The notes beneath the pieces were generated by a model, which had not been told where the DNA came from, searched no databases, and was given only the letters and a program-made list of their open reading frames with translations. From contig OX597820.1 in NCBI GenBank assembly GCA_951406725.2, positions 78,554,001 through 78,618,000 on the forward strand: DNA of 64,000 bases, written 5' to 3'. The stretch is from Octopus vulgaris. Taxonomy: Eukaryota. Shown piece after piece: positions 27,322-40,600 of the stretch. The translations under genes and the position numbers were made by a program. Every line of letters starts with the position of its first letter. Positions within the stretch are counted from its first letter, which is position 1.

Positions 27322-27322
<1 letters not shown>
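26531..27322 (+). mobile_element. AT-rich PLE pseudo-LTR-like element with inverted partial copy, inside (TA)n
   Basis: Inverted repeats 26531-26599/27168-27236 and 26599-26668/26768-26837, with an internal hammerhead motif. Confidence 0.7.
27039..27106 (+). ncRNA. Minimal type-I hammerhead ribozyme motif
   Basis: AACAAC-CUGAAGA-AUGACUGU...ACAGCCAU-GAAA-CGAUCG-UA-GUGUU. Stem II 7/8 bp, palindromic stem III ACGAUCGU, GUA triplet. Confidence 0.75.
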
Positions 27323-27352
<30 letters not shown>

Positions 27353-27647
27353 AAGCACAGAATGGTTTCATGCAAAATATGTCAAGGAGGAGATATGTCG
27401 CAACAACCCATTTATAACACTGGTAATATTTTTATCGCGGTTAGAAAGAAAAATAGGGAAACATCAGACATGGTGAGATTCGAACCATAATACTACCGCA
27501 AAACTTGTTGACCGCACCATCCTGTCAATCTGGCCAACCGCTGCCTTCAAATAAATTAATACCAACACAAACATCGACCGACATAAAGCTTTAGTCTGCC
27601 GTTAAATTCAGAAAAACTAGCAGAAAGAGAATAAAAGACAAAGTAGA

Positions 27648-27685
<38 letters not shown>

Positions 27686-27915
27686 AAGAGAGGGGGACAG
27701 AGACAAATAGACAGAGACAGAGAGAGAGAGAGAGGAAAAGAAGATGTGAAAGAAGAGTTATATTGGTGTAAATCTCTAAATAAAAGTCGATATAAAAAGA
27801 CCAGAGGATTTTGTTCGTCCAATTTGCCCTTTGAACTGTCAATGTAAAGCAGATCTCTAAGTATATTTTCCAACAGACGACTGCATTTAGAATATACACA
27901 CACATACACACATCA

Positions 27916-27962
<47 letters not shown>

Positions 27963-28672
27963 AACATGTATATATATACATAAACATATGTATATATATA
28001 TACATAAACATATATATGTGTATATATATTACATACGTATATATATACAGGCATATATCTATACGCAATAACATATATATATGTATGTCTGTATATACAC
28101 ACACCCACACCCACATACATACATACATACATACATACACAGATACACGCACACATACATATACATATATATGTGTAAGTTTGTATATACATATGATTAT
28201 ATATATATATACACAGACACACAAACTCACATAAACACATACATACACACACACATATATATATATATATATATGGCAATACATACAAACATAAACTAAT
28301 ATATCTGTCTATTTACAGACACACACACACACACACAGATGGAGAGATAAATAGATATACATATACATACATATACACTCGTCTCTAACTAAGCATCTAC
28401 GTCTGTTTATGACATTACCATTCACATGTTTGTCTACGAGTATGAAAAGACTGCAAGTGAATGGAAGAGACAGAAATGGAGAAAACGAAAGACTGAATGT
28501 AATTGGACACCAAATGTTTTGAGTAAGATGAATACATATGACCGGGCGATTTGTTGAATGACAAGTTATATATTTAGTTAACCAATAGTGTCTCATTACT
28601 TTCTGCTAGCTGATAGCAAATTAAGCATTAACCACTGTCTGTAGAGTATTCAACCCTTAGTGGTTAATAAAG

Positions 28673-30040
<1,368 letters not shown>

Positions 30041-30042
30041 GA

Positions 30043-30507
30043 GCGTCGAGCAGGTAGAATCGTTAAGCGCATCGACCAACATGATTATCAGCATTTTTTT
30101 TCGTTTCTACGCTCTGAGTTCAATTGCTACCGGGGTTGTCATTGCCTTTAATATCTTTCGGGCTCGATTAAAATATGTACCAGTTGTGTACTGGGGACAA
30201 TGTGATCGACTTACACTTTGTCCCAAAATTGCTGGTATTGTGTCAAAATTTGAAACCATTTTTGTTGTTGTTGTTGTTGTTGTTGTTATTGTTGCGGCAA
30301 GCTGACAGAATCGTTAGCACGCCGGGCGTAATGTTTAGCGGAATTTCGTCCGTCTTTACAATCTGAGTTCAAATTCCGCCGAAGTTGACTTTGCATTTCA
30401 TCTTTTCGGGGTCGATGAAACAAGTGCTACTGAAACACTGGGGTCAATGTAATCCCCTAGTCCCCTACACTCAAATTTCAAGTTTTGTGCCTATTGTAAA
30501 AGGATTA
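30043..30507 (+). mobile_element. Two diverged SINE family A copies (30043-30262, 30295-30507)
   Basis: Head and central-domain similarity to family A. Confidence 0.75.
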
Positions 30508-31213
30508 TTATTATTATCATCATCATCATCATCATTATTATTATTATTGTCATAGTAGTCGTCATACAGTATACAATATCGTGAGGTTATTGATTGAAGA
30601 TGTGTCTATCGAGGGTTTGTACAGTTTGTCAAGTCACAACAAGGACCTCAAACAGACGGTACTTTACGCAATATGCGTGCAGTTCCACGTTTTCAACAAT
30701 ACATGTTTTCAACATGGAGAAACGTTTCTATGTTCTTGTTATTTATGTATTTTTTGTTATTGTTGTTGATGTTGCTGCTGTGTTTGTTTTCATTTTGCTG
30801 CAATGTTTTTTTTCTTTTTGTTACTAACACGTGTACGAATAAAAGAACTCGTTGAATAGAGAAAACAAAAAAAAACTATAGATGAAACTTCCTCTTCTTC
30901 CTCCCCTCCCTCCCCGTTTCTCCCTCTCCTCCCCATGCACGTTTTCCTTCCTTTCTTCCCCTTCCACGTCTTCTCCTTCCTACCCTTCCACCCCTTCTCC
31001 CCTTCCACCCCTTTCTCCACTTCCTCCACCTCTCACCCTTCCTTTACTTCCACCCTTCCACCATTTTCTTCTTCTTCCTCTCCTTTCTTCCCTTTCTCCC
31101 CTCCCTCCACTTCCACCCCTTCTTCCCCTTCCTCTCCATTCCTCCCATTCTTCCGCTCCCTCCTCTTCTTCGACTTCTACCCCCTTTCTCTCCTTCCTCC
31201 CACCTACCCTCCC

Positions 31214-31484
31214 TGCTCGTGATATTAACGTGCAAGTGGCTGAGCATTCCACAAACACATGTACCCTTAACGTAGTAGTTCTCAAGGGGATTCCGCGTGA
31301 CACAGAGTGTGACAAGGCTGGCCCTTTTTGAAATACAGGTACTTCTCATTTTTGCCAGCTGAGTGGATTGGAGCAACATGAAATAAAGTGTCTTGCTCAA
31401 GAACACAACACGTCGCCGGGAATTGAACTCACGACCTTACGATCGTGAGCCGAATGCCCTAACCACTAAGCCACGTGCCTTCAC
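31214..31484 (-). mobile_element. tRNA-derived SINE family C (CORE-like domain)
   Basis: Reverse-complement homologue of 36923-37246. Confidence 0.88.
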
Positions 31485-31724
31485 ATTATAGTATCACTAG
31501 CAGATGGTTAGCAATATTTCTTCCGGCTCTTTACGTTAAATTCGAAACCTGCCAAAATCGTGTCTGTTTTTTTATCTCTTCGGGGTCGATGGAATAAAGT
31601 ACCAATGAAGAACTGCGTTCGATGTAATCAACGCGCTTTCTCCCCTAAAATAAAAATTGCTGGTCTTCAACCCTGCTACGAATCGGTGCCCCGTTCAGAG
31701 TGAATGTTGTGATTTCAGCCACTT

Positions 31725-32272
31725 CATCGTTTCGGGGTCGATAAATTAGGTACCAGTTGCGCACTGGGTTCGATATAATCGACTTGATCCGTTTGTCTGT
31801 CCTTGTTTGTCCTCTCTGTGTTTAGCCCCTTGTGGGTAGTAAAGAAATATGTATTCCGTCTGCCGCTACGTTTTGAGTTCAAATTCCACCAAGTTCAACT
31901 TTGCCTTTCATCCTTTCGGGGTCGATTAAATAAGTACCAGTTACGCACTGAGGTCGATGTAAACTACTTAATCCGTTTGTCTGCCCTTGTTTGTCCTCTC
32001 TATGTTTAGCCCTCCAGTGGGCAATAAAGAAATAAGAAACGTTAGCACGCTGGGCGAAATTCTTAGCGGTATTTCGTCTGCCGCTACGTTCAGAGTTCAA
32101 ATTCCACCGAGGTCGACTTTGCCTTTCATTCTTTCGGGGTCGTCGATAAATTAAGTACCAACTAAGCACTGGGGTCGATCTAATCGACTTAATCTTTTTG
32201 TCTCTCCTTGTTTGTCCCCTCTATATTTAAACCCACCACCACCACCACCACCAGTGGGCTATAAAGAAATAA
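31725..32272 (+). mobile_element. Head-to-tail array of three 5'-truncated SINE family A units
   Basis: Units at about 31725-31850, 31851-32035 and 32036-32272, each ending AAAGAAATA. Confidence 0.85.
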
Positions 32273-32439
32273 ATAACTGCAAGGGTTAAAATGATGGTCT
32301 TGGATTTAGTAATTCAAGTAAAAGTAAATGGCTTTTTTGAAATAATAGAGGGAACTGCATATCTGATCACAACCGTTTTGGTGCTGTTTATTTGATATCG
32401 AGACACAAGTTCACAAATTTACCATATTTTTGAGATACA

Positions 32440-32690
32440 AGATGCCACGAGTTACTACACAAAATCCTCTTGGAGGACGTGTGGAGGTGAAGAGAGCAAG
32501 AGGCCAGCAATGACCTTTGTCAACTGACGACATCAAATAATGGATTGGAAGCATGATTGTGGCCGATTGCATGCTTGCGGCTCTACAATACTATGAACTG
32601 GAAAGTTTTGACAAGGTGATCAATAAGCACAGGGAAAGAACATGGCTGATGATTTGGCGTCACTAATTCGACGCTGACTTGTTTGACATG
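32440..32690 (+). mobile_element. RTE-clade LINE 3' remnant
   Basis: LLHKILL/GRVEVKRARGQQ*...DDIK*WIG (cf. EGKVEGKR.RGR). Confidence 0.6.
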
Positions 32691-33335
32691 ACCCTTTCAA
32701 TGTCTCCCTCGTGTTAATGATGCCCTCATTCTTTTAATCTCACTCTTTCTGTCTCTCCACTTCCTCACCTTCCTCTCCTCCTCCCTCTCGCTATTCTCTT
32801 TCCCCTCTCTACCCTCCCTTATTTCCATGCTCTCCCTATCTTTCTACCCTACCATCCCACTTTTTATCTGCTCTTACTCTCTCTACTTCCTCCTCTCTCT
32901 CTCTTTCACTCTCTCTCACTCTGTCTCCCTCTACTCTGATTATGTGAGTGAGCATATTTCCAATTATGTATTTGATGAGAAGGAAAATATTTACGCCACT
33001 CGTGTTCAATTAATAAAATGTAATCTCCCCCTCTGTATCTCTCTCTCCCTGCCCTCCTCTGTCGCTCTCTTTCTCACACACTTTTTGTCTGTATGAGTAT
33101 ATCTCCGCGCGCGTACGTGTATATGTGTTTGCCTTCAGCACCTAAGTGTGCTGTCACCAAAACAGGCAGAATGGCCTGTCAGTCGTACCAGACTGCCAGC
33201 ACCGAAACTGCTGCACTCAGATGTATTGTTCCGAGCAGTAGAGATGGAATAGGAGTAAGGCATTGTAGTAGAAAGGAAAAGACATATGTGTGTGGAAGGG
33301 GGAGATAATAATAAAAGTGTAAGTGTAGAATGGAT

Positions 33336-33616
33336 ATTTATTTCTTTATTGCCTACAAGGGTCTAAACATACAGAAGAAAACAAGAACAGACAAACGGAT
33401 TAAGTCGATTAACGGATTAAGACAGACAAACAAGACAGACAAACGGATTAAGTCGATTACATCGACCCCAGTGCGTAAGTGGTACTTATTTAATTGACCC
33501 CGAAAGAATGAAAGACAAAGCTGACCTCGGTGGAATTTGAACTCAGAACGTAAGACAGACGAAATAGCGCTAAGCATTTCCCCCGACGTGCTAATGATTC
33601 TACCAGCTCGCCGCCC
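33336..33616 (-). mobile_element. SINE family A, full length with internal duplication
   Basis: Matches 6307-6539. Confidence 0.88.
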
Positions 33617-34214
33617 AAAAGGGAGAACGGATATTGATGGTAGTTGATGTTTAAGTCTAGAGTTTAGATCATGCGTTTAAAAATTATTATGGTCAAAGGT
33701 ATTATCTAGTCGTGACCATCGCAACTTTTCTGTGCAGAGATCCAAAGATTACATTATACAACGTAGGCAGTTCAATTGAAATTTGAGAAACTTTTGACTG
33801 CTGTTTCTAACAAGTGAGCGATCATGTACATGTAGTGGTGATGGTGATGGTGATGGTGGTCGTGATGGTGATGTGGTGATTCTGTTGCTGCTGTGTGCTG
33901 TGAATTAATTAATTATATATAATTAAAAGCATCTTCGTAACGATCTTTTCATGACATTCGAAAAACAAGAAGCTATGATGAAAATAACAAGTCGAAGTAA
34001 ACGAAAACAAAAATAGTAAAATGGTGATGATGATTATGACGACGACAACGACGACGACGATGATGATGATGACGACGGCGGCGGCGGCGGCGACGATGAT
34101 GACGACAACGACGATGAGGATGATGATGATGATGATGATGATTATGACGACGACAACGACGGCGACAATGATGATGATGACGACGGCGGCGGCGACGATG
34201 ATGACGACGACGAC

Positions 34215-34246
<32 letters not shown>

Positions 34247-34984
34247 CGATGACGATGATGATGATGATGAAGATGAATAAATAACTTTCAAACAGGACAA
34301 ACAATGTGAAAAGTGGATAATATAGAACTTTCTGTGCAGTAAAATTTAGAAAATCTAGAAATAGTTTATTGATTTACACATTCTGTGAGATTCTTTCAAT
34401 GATATTTTCTTTTTTCTTGTTGTTGTTTGTTTCCATTTTTGTTTAATAAGAAGACAACTGTAATGTATCTTGGTTCTTGCTAATTCTATTTCCTCTGGCG
34501 GTACACATAGACGTATATAGGATTTCGAAGATGAAGTCGACTATGAAATAGAATGGCTTTTGTCGAGGTAGCGTACTTACAAAATGTCCGTTGTTTGTAG
34601 CAGAGTAGAGTAAAAAAAAATTGGAATACAACCTAAATGTAAACTTCGTAAACAGAGTCATAAAGTTAACGGAATTCAGAAAACACTTTGAAATATACTA
34701 ATGTTACATGAAACAGCATTTTAGCGTGTATGACGAGTTTCAGCACAGTTACCATCTAATAAATAAGGTTCACAAGATATTGGTCAATGCAAGGTTGCTA
34801 CAGGAGGCACTGGCGCTAATTTTATACTGTGGGGTCGAAAATATTCTTAACTACGGTCAAGAATAGGGAACGCGGGATATAGAATGAAAGGAAAATAGAA
34901 AATGGAATAAATGGAATAAATTTTTATTAGATTTCACCTTCCTTCTTTCAGTATCATAAAAATTAAGTATAACTTATTGTTTAG

Positions 34985-35186
34985 TACAATTCTATATTTA
35001 AGAGATGAGGAATTATGTACATTATTTACATTATTTACATTTGACGAATATTTGTCCTCATCTTGTTTGTTATTAACGTTTCGGCTGATATACCCTCCAG
35101 CCTTCATCAGGTGTCTTGGAGAAATTTCGAATTCTCATTCCTAAGGTATTTTTCGATGTTGTTGTTGTTGTTGTTCTTCTTCTTTC

Positions 35187-35230
<44 letters not shown>

Positions 35231-35350
35231 TGTTGTTTCTTCATCTTCTTCTTCTTCTTCATGTTTATTAGGTGGTATGATATACCCTCCAGCCTTCATC
35301 AGGTGTCTTGGAGAAATTTCGAATTCTCATTCCTAAGGTATTTTTCGATG
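34985..35350 (-). mobile_element. Hammerhead-bearing short element (family H) with local partial duplication
   Basis: Homologous to 37690-37832 and 57066-57220. Minus strand 35115-35075 reads GACAC-CUGAUGA-A-GGCUG..CAGCC-GAAA-CGUU. Confidence 0.8.
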
Positions 35351-35374
35351 TTGTTGTTGTTGTTCTTCTTCTTC

Positions 35375-35445
<71 letters not shown>

Positions 35446-35492
35446 GTTATTATTATTATTATTATTATTATCATTATTATTATTATTATTCA

Positions 35493-37450
35493 GTAGTTTT
35501 ATTTTTATAGCGTGCTTTCACTTCACTACCGAGCGCAGCTTTGTATGCCTTGGGTATGTGCTGTGATTTGTTGTGATGCTCTGATGGTTATTGTATGGAA
35601 AGTGTTCTGCGTAGGATGTGTGCATTGCCTAGTAGTGCAATTTTTTGTATGTTATATGTGTTTGTAAGTCCTGGTGTTTTTGTTATGTATTTGTCTGAAT
35701 ATTTTTTATCATGCCTAATGCACCTACTATGATAGGAATTGTTTCTGTTTTCAGATTCCACATTCTAGTTACCTCTATTTCCAGGTTTTTGTATTTTGAG
35801 AGTTTCTCCATTTCTTTTAGAGACACGTTGTCATCAGCCGGTATTGATACATCAATTAGAAAGCATTTTTTTTCTTCATGATCTCTGACAACTATATTTG
35901 GTCTGTTGGCCTTAATTTCTCTATCTGTGTGTATCGGCATATCCCAGAGTATGGTTGATTTCTCGTTTTCTGTGACCTTTTCTGGTGTGTGCCTATACCA
36001 TCTTTTTTCTGTTGTTATTCCATAATGTTGGCATAGCTTCCAATGTATGTAGGTTCCAACTCTGTCATGTCTGTGAATATATTCCTTCTTAGCCAGGACT
36101 GGGCAGCTAGAGATAATATGATTTATTGTTTCTTGTCCATCTCCACATATTCTGCAGTTACTTGTAATATTTCTTTTCATTACATGTTTTTGGTAATTTC
36201 TGGTGGGGAGGCTTTGGTCTTGTGCTGCAATTAAAAATCCCTCTGTTTCTGCTTTGAGTCCTGAGCTTCTCAACCATTGCTGGGATTTTTCTTTGTCTAT
36301 TTCTTTTGCGTTTAGTTTAGTCCAGTATTTACCATGAAGGGGCTTTTCTTGCCATCGTTTTATCATGGTTCGTTGCTGTTCTATTTTTAGTTTGGATTTC
36401 ATTTGTTTTATAGCTTTTGTTGTTTCTTCATCTTCTTCTTCTTCTTCATGTTTATTAGGTGGTATGATTTCTTGTTTGTATTTGTCAGCTTCCTTAAATA
36501 CTGAGAACAGTTTTTTGTTTTGCTCGTGTTTTGCCGCTATCTGGATCAGTTTTCCTTCCTTCTGAAGTAGATATTTTTGCAGTCCTATGGTGGTTATTAT
36601 ATAGTAGTTTTCCAGCTGTATAAGGCCTCTACCACCTTCTATACGTTGTATATATAGTCTTTCTATGTCAGATTTTGGGTGATGCATCCTAGATCCTGTC
36701 ATTATTTTTCTTGTTTTCCTATCTATTTTGGTCAGTTCATTTCGTGTCCAATTAAGGATATTGTAGCTGTAACTTATAACTGGGACAGCTAAAGTGTTGA
36801 TACCTATTATCTTGTTTTTAGCATTGAGCTCTGTGTTTAGTATTGATCTAACTCGTCTATAATATTCTTTTTTTATTTTCTCTTTCATTTGTGTGTGTTG
36901 TGTCTTATCTAGTTCATGGATTGAGGGCGCGTGGCTTAGTGGTTAGGGCATTCGGCTCATGATCGTAAGGTTGTGAGTTCGATTCCCGGCGACGCGTTGT
37001 GTCCTTGAGCAAGACACTTTATTTCACGTTGCTCCAGTCCACTCAGCTGGCAAAAATGAGTTGTACTTGTATTTCAAAGGGTCAGCCTTGTCACTCTCTG
37101 TGTCACGCTGATTATCCCCGAGAACTACGTTAAGGGTACACGTGTCTGTGGAATGCTCAGCCATTTGCACGTTAATTTCACGAGCAAGCTGTTCCGTTGA
37201 TCGTATCAACTGGGACCCTCGTCGTCGTAACCGGCGGAGTCTTTTAAGTTCATGGATTCCTAAGTATTTGTAAGTTTGGCTTTGGTCTAATTCTTTTATT
37301 TCATTGGTTTTATCTAGTCTGATGTTGTTACTCTTAACTAGTTTTCCTCTTTTCATGGTTACTTTGGCGCATTTTTCTAATCCAAATTTCATATCTATTT
37401 CTTTGGTAAATCCATGAACTGTCTTTAATAGTGTTTCCAGCTGTTTGTCT
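35493..37450 (-). mobile_element. R4/Dong-like non-LTR retrotransposon, 5'-truncated and well preserved (RT end, CCHC knuckle, REL endonuclease, 3'UTR, (AAT)n tail)
   Basis: MKFGLEKCAK..YKYLG; 401-aa ORF with RLYIQRIEGGRGL, KPLHGKY, AAQDQSL, CRIC..ETINHIISSC, HRHD, ILWD, RPNIVV..IDVSIP..EKLSKY, IIVGALG. Confidence 0.95.
36923..37246 (+). mobile_element. tRNA-derived SINE family C inserted in the Dong ORF
   Basis: A box TGGCTTAGTGG, B box AGTTCGATTCC, CORE-like TGTGTCCTTGAGCAAGACACTT. 12-bp TSD AGTTCATGGATT at 36911-36922 and 37247-37258. Confidence 0.93.
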
Positions 37451-37520
37451 TTAATTTTACTGTAACTCTGTGATAAATAATAATAATTATTATTATTATT
37501 ATTATCATTATTATTATCAA

Positions 37521-37577
<57 letters not shown>

Positions 37578-37583
37578 GCCCAC

Positions 37584-37654
37584 GGGCATATAGCGTAGTG
37601 GTTAAGAGCGCGGGCTACTAACCTCAAGATTTCAAGTTCGATTCCAGGCAGTGA

Positions 37655-37690
<36 letters not shown>

Positions 37691-37832
37691 CAACGAAAAA
37701 TACCTTAGGAATGGGAGCCCAGGTTCGAAATTTCCCCAAGACACCTGATGATGGCTGGAATGTATATCAGCTGAAGCGTTGTGTTAACAGCAAAGAAGAT
37801 GAGGACAAATATCCGTCAAATGTAAGTAATGA
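37584..37832 (+). mobile_element. tRNA-like head, (AAT)n linker and hammerhead-bearing family H body
   Basis: A box TAGCGTAGTGG at 37591-37601, B box AGTTCGATTCC at 37635-37645, hammerhead motif at 37740-37785. Confidence 0.7.
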
Positions 37833-37864
37833 AAAATAATGTTATTGTTTAGTGTCGGTTAACT

Positions 37865-38192
37865 CAGTGCTACTCAAAGCGGTAGTCCGTGGACTGGTAC
37901 CGGTATGCGGCGAGTTTCCAGAAAAGAAAGAAACAATAGCAGATAAACGGACAAAGAAAAATCGGGCTTACCTTTCACATTAGTAAAGATTTAAGATTAT
38001 AAAATGCTTATGTACTATTGTATTATTTGTTTACAGAATAGATGTAAGATTTTTAAAAATTGTTGACTTTTATTATATTCATTATATATATTGTTTCCGG
38101 TATAAATTAATATTACTAAGAAATATTAGCGGCCCCTGGCGCATTGGAAAAAAACTGCCGCTACGCCACGTCAGATAGTTTCAGAAGCACTG
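37865..38192. mobile_element. hAT-type MITE
   Basis: TIRs CAGTGCTACTCAAA / TTTCAGAAGCACTG; 8-bp flanks GGTTAACT and GGTTAGTT match at 6/8. Confidence 0.75.
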
Positions 38193-38654
38193 GGTTAGTT
38201 TACCCCAAACCGCTTCCGAAATAATCTGTAACTCTGTGATAAATAAACTTAGATGTCGAAATGTTGTATGAAGTGTGTAAAGATGTGAAAGTAGAAATAG
38301 TAGGAAACAGACTATTTGCATGGCAGGCAAAAATGTGTAGCAGTAAAGACAGAGCCTGAGACAAAAGGCTTTGCCGTATTTACTCACATTTCCTTACACT
38401 CTCATATCAAATTCCACTGGGGTGGGTTTGACTTCTAATTCATCAGAATCGGTAAAATTATTGCCAGTTATAAATCGGTATCAATGTAATCGATTGTACA
38501 ATCAACCAGAATTTGTGGCCTTTCTTCTATGGGAGAAATCAAGATTTTACTCTTGTGCCAAATTCCTCTAAGGTTTATTTTATTTCTGCAGAGTTGATGA
38601 AATCAATACCAATCATGCCGTTAAGTCAACCTAGGTGGTTATTTCTCATTCCTA

Positions 38655-39180
38655 CAAAGATCGAACAGCATTTGACTGATCGTAAAAGATCAATATGCAA
38701 TTAGTTTATCACGATAGGTGAAGGAACAATTATTTGATCAGTTACAGCTCAATAATTTGCTGACCATGAATGATGCCAATTCGCTTATTGCCAATGTACG
38801 GGATAAACCAATTGGCTTAGCCCGAGAAATCACGAAATAATTATCTGATAACGAAAGTTCGAACAGAACTTGATCGAAATCTAAAGATACATTAAATAAC
38901 AATTAGTAGATTACAACAGGTCAAAGTGTTTTTGGGTGATTACAAAAATATCAAACGGTAATTGGTTGATTGAGAGATCAAACAACAACAATTTTCTGAT
39001 CACAAAAGATTACGAAGTAATTAGTTTATTACAAAAGACCGAGTAACAAGTGGTTGGTGAGAAAAGGTCAAGAAGCAATGATTGATCGAGGAATGTCGAT
39101 CACCAATCGGCAGTAATCGATTGTTCACGGCAGAGACAGGTGAAGAAATAACTTGTTGAATTCGAAAGATCAAGCAACTA
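38655..39180. repeat. Degenerate ~29-bp minisatellite
   Basis: Recurring AAAGATCAA..CAATT.GTTGAT-like units. Confidence 0.6.
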
Positions 39181-40152
39181 AACCTATTTTTTCATGAAAT
39201 CGTTTGGAATGATTATAACATTTATCTTTATACTTTCTTTATTTTTCCAGAACCTTAAGACACTCATAAGACTGGTTAGCCGGTTTCGATAACATGTAAG
39301 TGAGCGAGATCACTATATTCCCCTTGAACAAGATGCCGGTTCGTTGCAAGGTTCAAGGTCAACGATGTCTGAGGAGGAAGGAGACAAACCCATTACATCG
39401 AGACCAGTACTTGATTGGTCCTTTATTTTATCGCTCCCAAAGGGATGGAAGGCAAAGTTGAGAACAGTAAGACATAAGGAACCGGAAGATATTCTGCTAA
39501 AGAGTTTGCTTGAGGTGCTAACGATTCTGTCAAGCTCGCCACCTTATGCTGAAACAAATCGACATGAAGATAATCTATTCTCCGTTGCTATGCGTAACAT
39601 GAGATATATGAGAAGAGAAAGTATTACACTGAAGTTCAACCGAAAAAGAAACATCGGTAATCTAGAATCGAAACCAGACTCAGTAATGACAGGCAACCTT
39701 CTGGTTCACAATTGGTATTTTGTGCGAAAGCGAATGTATGAGCTTTTAAATAAACATATACGTACAATATTTTTTTTTCTCTGATATATTCTTATATCAC
39801 ACAATGTTTTTGATTAGATCGTTATTATTCTATATGCTAAGCAATAAGTCATTTTGTGGTCTCTTCCCACTGGGCTTTTAGTGCATTCTGCTCAGTTGGT
39901 GACCTCTGCAGGTATCTATACGTCTATATGATTGGTATATTAGTTGACAATTCCGTTGCTGTGTATAATATCAAAAACAAATAGTAATCGTTTTTGAGCA
40001 AAGCTTAGTTTCAATCTACGCACCTCTGGATTTTGGGCCCAGCACACTCCCACGGCACCACTCTGCTCAGCAACCGACTGTGAAGATAAATATACTATTT
40101 CTTCTATTGTTAGTTCGGGTTATATTATTTATTTCCATCATATCCTTTTATC

Positions 40153-40600
<448 letters not shown>

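Noticed and set aside
36923-37657. tRNA genes at SINE heads
   Set aside because: Acceptor and T stems are not properly paired, and the heads run into repeat bodies.
38655-39180. CRISPR-like periodicity
   Set aside because: Eukaryotic context and contiguous degenerate units without spacers or cas genes.
39251-39295. 45-nt segment between a good acceptor and GTAAGT
   Set aside because: Stops in all three frames and probably part of a decayed repeat.
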